NCBI RefSeq assembly: GCF_006345805.1
Contig: NC_042997.1
Coordinates: forward strand, 147,498,001-147,562,000
From: Octopus sinensis
Lineage: Eukaryota
DNA: 64,000 bases
Reading direction: 5' to 3'
The notes under the pieces were generated by a model, which saw only the letters and a list, made by a program, of their open reading frames with translations, was not told the DNA's origin and ran no database searches. Numbering within the stretch: position 1 is the first letter of the stretch; each line of letters begins with the position of its first letter. Shown in pieces: positions 54,582 to 64,000 of the stretch. Position numbers and translations under genes: made by a program.

Positions 54582-54583
<2 letters not shown>
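54030..54583 (-). mobile_element. Retrozyme-like / Penelope-pLTR unit: 445-nt monomer with identical 109-nt terminal redundancy, flanked by (TA)n
   Basis: 54030-54138 identical to 54475-54583; hairpin GGTAGTAA-tattat-TTACTACC; internal HHR. Confidence 0.85.
54243..54324 (-). ncRNA. Type I hammerhead variant (A10.1/A11.1, extended stem II, GUA site)
   Basis: GGCGACTCG-CTGATGA-A-GCT..TAGCAAA..TTTGCTA..AGC-A-GAAA-C CGCG G-TA^CGAGTTGTT; 9-bp stem I (with GU pairs), palindromic ACCGCGGT stem III; predicted cleavage between 54252 and 54251. Confidence 0.75.
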
Positions 54584-54652
<69 letters not shown>

Positions 54653-54654
<2 letters not shown>

Positions 54655-54817
54655 CGTAGGAGTGTCTGTGTGGTAAGTAGCTTCCTTACGAACCACATGG
54701 TTCCGGGTTCAGTCCCACTGCGTGGTAACTTGAGCAAGTGTCTTATAGTATAGCCTCGAGCCAACCAAACCCTTGTGAGTGGATTTGGTAGACAGAAACT
54801 AAAAGAAGCCCGCTGTA

Positions 54818-54890
<73 letters not shown>

Positions 54891-55106
54891 ATGTTTGTGT
54901 GTCTGTGTTTGTCCCTCCCCCAACATCGCTTGACAACCGATGCTGGTGTGTTTACGTTCCCGTAACTTAGCGGTCCGGCAAAAAAGACCGATAGAATAAG
55001 TACTAGGCATACAAAGATTAAATCCTGGGGTCGAGTTGCTCGACTAAAGGCAGTGCTCCAGCATGGCCACAGTCAAATGACTGAAACAAGTAAATGAGTA
55101 AAAGAG
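54653..55106 (+). mobile_element. SINE family B
   Basis: GGCGTAGGAGTGTCTGTGTGGTAAG...; internal (TA)n(TG)n; GAGTAAAAGAG tail. Confidence 0.9.
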
Positions 55107-55121
55107 TATATATATATATAA

Positions 55122-55157
<36 letters not shown>

Positions 55158-56961
55158 ATGTGTACACATAAACAGAAACACGCACACACACACAGAAACA
55201 CATTATCATGTAAGTATACATATATTTATATGTATGTAAATATATGTACATCTGATATAATGGAACGTGTGGAACTCTCTATCCGCAACAACAGCTGATC
55301 CTGCTATAAACTACACTCTAGAGCTAATTATATGCTGGGATATCTCAGATCATGTCCTAAATGAGGCGAATCACCAGAATGTTCTCTATTGTACTTCATT
55401 TCTACTATGCTGTGCTTTTCAAATACTGCTCTAAACACCGAAAACATTGCTACTGAGCTGAAACCCCACAGAATTTCCTCTCTATAAAATTTCAATTTTT
55501 CAAACTATATCGTGCTACACATGCCTAAAGTAAACATCAACCACATCAGGCTAGCAGTCATTTGAGGCATTGAGTGCAAAGTTCTGCAAAGTTCATGGGT
55601 GCTGCTGCTTCTCCTTTGTGAACAAGTAAAAAATAAAGTAAAAGATATAAAGAAAATGAACTGAATATGTATAATTACGTGCAGATTCCTATGCGTAGTG
55701 ATATGTATGTGAGTACGTAAAATATCTGAGCAAATGTGATCACAAAAAGGAGAAACCTAAAACGCATGTATATATCTTTACGCGTACATACACTGCATTC
55801 CTATTTTCATGTGTACAACATTATACAGAGACGTGAGCATATAGGATACGAGAGCATGCATACAGGTTTATTCATATGTATAATACCGTTCATTGTTTAA
55901 GCTACATAACCGAAAAAATTATTTTCATTGCTCTGCTATTCATTTCTCGCACAGCCTGTGTCGACAAGCAGCTAATCCTGTTCTAAAATTTTGTTAGTTT
56001 CCTTCAGAATTTTATACCTGTCTTTATGAAGGTATTGTTGGTAACGTATTATTAGAAAAGTTCAAATTTTTATATTTTTGATATCATTTTCTAATATTTT
56101 TGAATGGTAAATTTCAAGTAAATTCTTCGTCTAAAAATTCATATTAATGTTGAAACGTAGATACTATCAGATTATCTACGAGTTTTAGGAATTCTTTTAT
56201 TCTCTATCCTCTAATATATCAACATTCTTTTAGACGTACTATGATGAAGGATATTTTTCAAAAGATGTAGATATTATGTGCTTTATGTCGTCCATATGCA
56301 CAAATATGAAACTCGTATCGAAAATAAACTGTTATTTGGGAAAAGAGAGTGTAGTCATTTATTTCAAAGTTTAGCAGTAATCTTAACCATATTCTCCGGG
56401 AGGAGAACGCTATGGCTGACAAAATGAGGATCCAAACCTCTATGCTTGATTTATTTACATATTTTCCGACTGAAAACAAAATGTTCTTATGTTTGAACTA
56501 AAGTTTTAATATATAGAGAGTTAAGTTATTTCTGACATATACAGAGTATGAAGAATTACAGAGTCAATAAGATATGTTAAACAGTGAGGAAAAAAACTTT
56601 AATTAGTGACAAAAATATTTATTATAGTTTTAGTACGTGCAAGTAACAATTCGTGAAATGCTTCACTCTTGTTATGATATCATCAGCGATGCACAGATTT
56701 CAGCATACAGGTCAAAGAAATCATGAAAATAAAAAGAAAACCAATTTGTAAATGTACAGGGTTTATATGAAATCATTGGCTTGGAAAAACACTAGAAAAA
56801 ATCATTCACACACACCATTTTACTGTTGATTTTAGCTTCTGGTGAGTTTGAAATGAAAAGATAATATCCGTTAATGCTTTCTAAAATATTTTCTGCTTTT
56901 GGTGGTAAGTATATTTCACTAAATATCAACTGTTTTGATGAATAAAGTAACCAGAATACTA

Positions 56962-56971
56962 AACAAAATCA

Positions 56972-57030
<59 letters not shown>

Positions 57031-57175
57031 ACGCACACATACACACACACAGAGTATATTAGAGATATATACGTACATGAAGCCTATACTCGCACACACA
57101 CACACATACACACATATATATATACATAGAATATGTTTATATATGTACACACACACACACATGCACACACATGAG
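56962..57175. repeat. (CA)n microsatellite
   Basis: Direct. Confidence 0.9.
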
Positions 57176-57569
57176 TGTGTAATTGCTTCTTTCATGGCAA
57201 TTTTGTGAATACATTTGCTCTACAACCATGTGTTTCCTGGGTCAGACACTGGGAGTGATTCCTTAGGTATTGTTTCTACTATATGCTTGAACCTATTAAA
57301 GTTTTGAAATCTGATACTGGGAATACTCCTGTTTTATTTGCTCTCGCCATCTATTTCCTCTTTTCACTCCTTACTTTAGAAGAGCGTACAGCTCGAAACA
57401 ACCATTTTTCCTGAGTGTCAGATTAATGCATCATGTTTGTTATTCCCTCACCTGTCTCTGTCGTTTGTTTTTTTGTATAATTTTTACCCCCCGACCCCGA
57501 AACATACACACGTGAGTATGTGTGTGTGTGTCTATCAATGCATTGTCTATGGATGTGTCCGTTTGTGTA

Positions 57570-58660
57570 TTGTTATAGAAAAGAGATATAGGGAAATTTA
57601 TGAGCCCATGCTAGCTGAAGAACGGCGTGGCTTTCGTTCTGGACCCAGCACAACTGACCAGCTAAATACTCTGCTTCAGGTCTTTGAGAAATTGTGAGAA
57701 TATTGCTAGGAGTTGTACGCTTATAAGCCTTGAAAAGGCATACGACCATTGGATTAATGGGAAATTTCAAGTTGCTGTGAAATCCCTATACGAAAGCTCA
57801 AATGTTTGGGTTTCGATAAATGGTACTAAGCCAAAGCCTTTCAATGTGGTTAAGATCGCTCGGCCGGTATTTGTAGACTATATGGCACTACTTGGTTTAT
57901 CAGAAAGTGATGTCCACATGTACTAAATATGTTCACTGCCGAGTGCTGCAAAGCAGGAATGAGAATTAGTGTTGCGATGACTGAAATATGGGTCCTTTCA
58001 AGAATGTCTTCTCTGTGTCATGTGCTTGTTAGTGGAACATGACTGAGACCAGTGTAGAAGTTCCAGTATCTCGGGCCTTTATTCACGAGTGATGGAAAGC
58101 AGGAGGAGGGTGGATTGGATGCTAGAATTGCAAGTGCTGTTACGGTAATGTGCCAGCTATAGCATTCGAACCTCAGGAAAGGATCGAGTGGTAAAATAAA
58201 CCAATCTTCAATTCAGTCTTCATGTCTTTCCTTACCTATGGTTATAAATATTAGGAAATGACCGAAAAATTACGATCGCATATACAAGCAGTTCTACTGA
58301 GGTTCCTCCGAAGGATTTCTGGAATAACGTTACTCAACAAGGAGTGTGGCAGGAAGATCAGGGAGTCTTTTTTGGTCGAGCCACTACTCCACCGCATTGA
58401 GAAGTCACAGGTATTACAGACTCCTCATTAGAATGTCGCAGGGAAGAATAGCAAAATGGATGGATTCTTCAGGCCGAGCCAATCGGCAGGTGATCTAGAA
58501 GTAGACCAAGAACCAGATGGCTGGAGATGGATAATAACTGAAGTCTCAGTTAGTCACACTTAAGAATCCACTCGGAATCTGTAATGGCTATTGCTTCTGA
58601 TAGGACCCTGTGATGGAGGTACCTAAGAACTCTGCCCCTTAACCCTACCTCATAACAGTG
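57570..58660 (+). mobile_element. RTE-clade LINE, 3' ~1.1 kb, heavily decayed
   Basis: Frameshifted RT and C-terminal peptides EERRGFRSGPSTTDQL, LEKAYD, VEKFQYLGPLFTSDG, LDARIASA, LTYG, RFLRRISGITL and RSRPRTRW. Confidence 0.75.
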
Positions 58661-58729
58661 GGCAGAGAAGATATATGCATGTAAAGTATATGTGGGCACG
58701 TGTGTGGACGTGTATAGACCATTTTTGTT

Positions 58730-59240
58730 TTTACTTGAGGTCTTCCGCTAATTTTCTGCAAATATAACTCTCATACATGTGGTGCTCTTTGCAATCTCCT
58801 ATATAACCTGTCGGAACTAAGAAGAGGTACTATGTGGTTTGTGAACAGGGAAGGTTTGCGACAACAAGAACATTCTGCCAAAGAAATCTGCATCAGCGTA
58901 TTCCGCCTCACCATGTGAACACAGACAAGTATACATGCATACGACAATAATGCAATCTCTTCCACATGTGACGGCACACCGAGACAATGTCGATTTTATG
59001 GAAAAAAAAACATACAGAGATAATTTTGCTATAGTTATTAAATGTTTGTACTGTACATTCACTTTCTTCTTCCACCAAATCGACATTGTCTGCAGAGATT
59101 CTCGGAGGAGTGAGGTCGGATAACGAAGACATCGCAGGGCAACGTGAAATAAAGTGATTTTTGATCAAGAATATTACACCTTGCTCGGTCCGGGAATCAA
59201 AAACACGACTGCATGATTATGAAAACAGCACTCTAACAGC
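58730..59240 (-). mobile_element. Degenerate tRNA-derived SINE (family C-like head)
   Basis: Minus strand ...CTAGCTGTTAGAGTGCTG...GTTTTTGATTCCCGGACCGAGC...GATCAAAAATCACTTTATTTCACGTTGC. Confidence 0.55.
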
Positions 59241-59286
59241 TAGGCTATTCTCCTTCACTGATATATAAATATAAATATAAATATAA

Positions 59287-59361
<75 letters not shown>

Positions 59362-59424
59362 GTATATATATATGTATGTATATATCTGTATATATATATA
59401 TGTGCGTGTATATATATGTGTATA

Positions 59425-59476
<52 letters not shown>

Positions 59477-59526
59477 GTGAATTGAAGAAATGGAGCTGAA
59501 CGCAGATTGAACAGAAATCGTTTTAT

Positions 59527-59613
59527 TTCATTCTACACGTGTTTCGAAAGGCACAAATTACCAAAATCCGATTGAATAATGGGACCATATTGTGTCTTCT
59601 CTTCAGGAAGAAA
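59527..59613 (-). ncRNA. Type I hammerhead ribozyme (mirror copy, 1-nt deletion in stem II)
   Basis: Reverse complement of 59978-60065. Confidence 0.65.
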
Positions 59614-59977
59614 AAAGGAAATCCGTTGGAAAAACAAAAACAGAACAGAGGCAGAGCAAAAAACAAATCGAACTGTGCTCCTAAGAGCCCATGGCGAAAC
59701 TGTTTATCAGTGTATGTTGAGAACCGGTGGCTGAAGAATTCAACAGGTCAGGCATCGGTCAAACATGTGGGTGGGGGTGTATAGATGTTCTTTGTGACCG
59801 AGAACATCTATACACCCCCACCCACATGTTTGACCGATGCCTGACCTGTTGAATTCTTCAGCCACCGGTTCTCACATACACTGATAAACAGTTTCGCCAT
59901 GGGCTCTTAGGAGCACAGTTCGATTTGTTTTTTGCTCTGCCTCTGTTCTGTTTTTGTTTTTCCAACGGATTTCCTTT

Positions 59978-60065
59978 TTTCTTCCTGAAGAGAAAGACAC
60001 AATATGGTCCCATTATTCAATCGGATTTTGGTAATTTGTGCCTTTCGAAACACGTGTAGAATGAA
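59978..60065 (+). ncRNA. Type I hammerhead ribozyme, canonical core, long stem II, GUA site
   Basis: TTC-CTGAAGA-GAAAGACACAA...TTGTGCCTTTC-GAAA-C ACGT G-TA^GAA; palindromic ACACGTGT stem III; short stem I (TTC/GAA plus an imperfect extension); predicted cleavage after 60058. Confidence 0.75.
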
Positions 60066-60273
60066 ATAAAACGATTTCTGTTCAATCTGCGTTCAGCTCC
60101 ATTTCTTCAATTCACCAATAATGTTTTAATTTCAATTATCCGCACCAACGCACGGTTGCAACGCCAGATGGTTGTACCTCCAACCGTGCTGTTCACTGCT
60201 GTGATTTTTGCTACTAGGTATCGGTTAAACTTTTGATTAATCCACTACAAGATTATTCATCTTTCTATTTCAC

Positions 60274-60304
<31 letters not shown>

Positions 60305-61710
60305 CATGCACAAACACCCCATCACCACGTATATACACATGAATGTATGCATACATATATATGTATAGACACACACATATGAGCTGAGTTCATCGAAAAT
60401 ATCAGCTATAGGTATGTATGTATCTATGCTTACACACACACACACACACACACTCACACACTCACACAGGCACATACACACTCATACTTATATATATAGG
60501 TTTGCTAATATCATAAATGGACACCGAAATTATTTTAGAACTACTTTGAAATAGCAAACATATATTTTACAATGCCAGCTATATATCTCAATGCATCGGA
60601 TGTTCATAAAAATACAGTAGGTTCGAAAAAAAAGAAAGACAATTACACGAACACAAAGATTACGCAATAAAACACAATATAAATCACAATCCTCCATAAA
60701 TGTGCAGTAAATATTTCCTGATCGGAAGTGAGGCATAATCTTAAAACATCGGTGTAAAGTAATTCATATTAATTTATTCTCAGAGACATTTTATCTCCCT
60801 GTAATTCATTTGTAGTTTCTGGGGAAAAAAAAGCAACAAAAAATCGTTAATGAAAAAGAAAAAAAAAATTGATGGTTTACACGTTATATAATACTTCATA
60901 GAGAGCTTTAGTTATTCGGGAAATAATTTTGTTGGGATTTAAATACTTATTGATTTATGTATAAAAGGCAAAAGAGCTCCCATTAAGAAGAAAGTTGTAA
61001 AAATAGCTGCCAACTGTTAAATAATGAGATATATGCGAGCGACATAAAAAAAAAATGAAGTGTACTTCTAAATTGCTGAGTGATTTCGAAGTGTATGGTT
61101 TAAAGTTCCAATTGTTGTACGTAGCTGCATTAGAGAGCAAGATACACATCTATCGTTTCTCACCAAGAGAAATACTTAACATGACATCAGCCATAACTCT
61201 AGTTTTCCTAGAGTAGATAGAAGAAGCATATCATACTAGTCACTGATTATGATATAGCGGTATATATATTTATATATATATGTATATGTGTGTGTGTGTA
61301 TGTATGTACACAGACAAACATATAATATATACTTTTATTCTTTTATCATTTTATACATTTCAGCCCAAAGGCTGTGGCCAAGCTGAGGCACCGTCAGTGT
61401 AATCACATTTTCAATGGCCACCCCTTTGCTATTGGCTTTTGGTGAAGGAGAGAGTTCGATACTGCTTGAATCCCAAGCTATTGCAGTAGAAATGTCTATG
61501 TACATTCAAATTTCTTGAATATTTCTTCGATTCTGTTTGTTGCCAGGAACGACAAGTTAATGTTAACTTATGACTGAATTATGTTCTGATGTAGTTATCA
61601 ATCATACATATATTCAATCAACGATGTTTAGACACAAAAATAAACATGGCCCTTTCTCAGAAATACTAAATGTAGATATATTTACGAGATGGTATCAATA
61701 TATATATATA

Positions 61711-62995
61711 CGAGATTGTATCATAAGTTTCCAGGAGTAGCTATGTTTAATAAAAAATAATTTATTTACCTAAGTTTTAACATCATGCCCTTAAAAACAG
61801 TCACCTTGGGCAGCAATACACCGATTCCAGCGTTCCTGCCACTTTTGCAAGTCGTTTTCTGTAAGCAAGTCCAGAACCTTCTGCGATTCGCTCTAGACCT
61901 CGACAACGATGTTAAAACGGTGACCTTTGAGCTGCCTTTTTCATCTTGGAGAAGAGACGAAAGTCCGCAGATGCTAGATCTGGCCAATCTGTGGAAAAGA
62001 TACCATATTATTTTTGTTGAGAAGCTCACGAAGGAGGAGAACTCGGTGACACGATGCGTTGTCGTCGTGAAGAGCCCAATTCTTAGAGTTCCACAGATCC
62101 GATCGCTCTCGCCTAATGTTCGCCCTAAAACGCTTCAAAACGTCGCTGTAAAACTCTCAATCTACGGTCTGGCTCTGGTTGACAAATACTTTGTGCACAG
62201 TACCGCGGATGCCGAAAAATAAATGAGCATGCTCCTGATTTAACTGTGGTTCTATCGTACCCTCTTTGGCCATGGAGACGAATGGTTCTTCCATTGGGAA
62301 GACTGCTGTTTCGTCTCAGCATCGTACCTGTAGACCCCGCTCTCGTTACCAGTGATAATCGTCGACATGAAGGTCATCAATGGCACACTGACGGAGATCG
62401 ACCTTGATGGACTTCGACGCGATGTTCACTCGGCTCTGAGGTCAGCTGTCGGAAAGAAAACTTGGCAGAGATATGCTGCATGTTCATTTCAGACGTTAGT
62501 ATTGCATGCACGGACAAACCATATGACAAACCAACATCAGCAATGTCGTTGATTGTCCTCTGACGATCCTCATGCACAAGTTGATGAAGTTTCTCCCCAT
62601 TTCCCGAGATGACACTCGTCGCAGGTTTTCAAGGTCGCTCATCATCTTTCGGGGACGTTCTTCCGCTTTTAAAACTCCCGTTCCACTCGAAACATTGCGT
62701 ACAACTGAATGCCACATTGCCGTAAGCTTGTCGAAGCATACTCAATGTCTCTGTAGCAGGCTTCCCAAGTTTAACGAAACATTTTACGTTGGTTCTTTGT
62801 TACAACTTCCTGTCCATGACAAAATCGCAGACTACACCATACACGTGATCACAAATACACTTGCGCGGTGAATACAGCGATACCACTCGGTACACTGCAT
62901 CATACAAATTACTGCTAGCTCACACTGTGCACGCAACCGTGTGCTCTCATCTGTTGGCTACAGAACTATCTCAGGAACTTTATGACACAACGTGG
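61711..62995 (-). mobile_element. mariner (DD34D-type) DNA transposon, full length, decayed
   Basis: TA-flanked TIRs CGAGATTGTATCATAAGTTTCCAGGAG / CTCAGGAACTTTATGACACAACGTGG; minus-strand peptides IITGNESGVYRYDAETKQQSSQWK, WALHDDNASCH and PDLASADFRLFSKMK. Confidence 0.88.
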
Positions 62996-63001
62996 TATAT
63001 A

Positions 63002-63069
<68 letters not shown>

Positions 63070-63417
63070 ATATATACTTGTATGTACATATACATAATAC
63101 ATACTTATAAATAAAAGGAAAATCACTAGATGGCTTCCTAACATGCTAGAAATTGACGCCAAATCGTCTTACCACGAAGAATATGTTCTCAAATTTAGCC
63201 TACGCTAGATGTTTGCGAGCACTATGTGATGACCATGTCTGAGAACAGTAATCTAGGCGACTGAGAATAAATGTTCTCTACGTGGTCAGCATAAGTTCTT
63301 AGTCTCTTGTCATGAAGAACCTTGGCATCCATCATGTCAGTCGTCTGCACTTTGCTGTCATCGTGGTAATGTACATATGAAAAAATGGTGCATCATAAAA
63401 CATGTTGCCATATACTG

Positions 63418-63509
<92 letters not shown>

Positions 63510-63580
63510 CTCTCTCTATCTCTCTATCTCTCTCTCTATCTATCTATCTATCTATCTATGTATATATCTATCTATCTATC
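63418..63580. repeat. (CTAT)n microsatellite
   Basis: Direct. Confidence 0.95.
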
Positions 63581-63790
63581 GGGAAGGAAGTTTTCTTCGA
63601 AGTATACGTCTCGCTTTTATCCTTCGAAACGTTTAGTAGATGAAACCTTAGCGACTGAAGAAGGGGATTTTTCGTTGTGCTTATTGTCCTGTATCTCTCC
63701 TTTTTTTTTGCTTGTCTTGTTCCTTGGTTTGTGTCTATGTGTTTCGTCTCTCTATGTGTTCGACGTCTTTTTGGTGTCCTGTACACATAT
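63581..63790 (+). mobile_element. Possible Penelope-like pLTR remnant (half hammerhead)
   Basis: GAAGGA...TCCTTC-GAAAC-GTT retains stem II, GAAA and ACGT; the position of the 5' core is occupied by the (CTAT)n tract. Confidence 0.3.
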
Positions 63791-64000
63791 ATGCGTGTAT
63801 ATGTACATGTAGAGGTAGGTATGTACATATATGTTTATATATATGCATATGTTCTATTTTATTAACATATTATACGACTTAACGCACGCACCCTATTAAG
63901 TAAGATTGTTCTGTTTATCAAGTTAGCCTTGATATTAACTCTCACGCGACTCTGCATCTTTCTTTCTTTCTCTCCCATTCCCTTTTTCGTCTTTTTTTTC

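Larger units (their letters stand above)
59470..60122. repeat. Near-perfect 653-bp palindrome: 322-bp arms, 9-nt spacer, two 1-nt indels
   Basis: 59470-59791 is the reverse complement of 59801-60122; spacer TTGTGACCG; (TA)n abuts the left arm. Confidence 0.97.

Noticed and set aside
59674-59712. CCTAAGA-GCC cat GGC-GAAA-CTG tttat CAG-TG fold in the palindrome arm
   Set aside because: Core has two mismatches, the site would be NUG, and stem I does not form.

Overview
AT-rich, microsatellite-dense, repeat-dominated animal genomic DNA, most likely a coleoid cephalopod (Octopus; inferred from the SINE families and repeat landscape). I could not identify any host protein-coding gene with confidence. 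Transposon content: DNA-transposon fossils (DD41D rosa/Visitor-type, two DD34D mariners, a DD37D maT-type fragment, a Chapaev3-type fragment, a hAT MITE), many tRNA-derived SINEs from at least four families, RTE and R4/Dong LINE fragments, and one almost intact ~4.5 kb CR1-group LINE (ORF1 with Myb/SANT-like and CCCH domains; APE-RT ORF2 broken only by two single-base indels). The main discovery is a set of type I hammerhead ribozyme (HHR) motifs in several unrelated short repeat families. These include a perfect 45-nt minimal HHR inside a 352-nt terminally redundant, retrozyme-like unit (40590-40978); a 445-nt terminally redundant unit (54030-54583); two long head-to-head palindromes built from HHR-bearing repeats (23.8-24.2 kb with a tRNA-like head, and 59470-60122 with 322-bp arms); and a recurring core variant CUGANGA-A-[stem II]-A-GAAA. 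Most of these elements abut (TA)n tracts. All folds, alignments and coordinates were derived by eye; family names are inferences that need Dfam/Repbase/Rfam confirmation.
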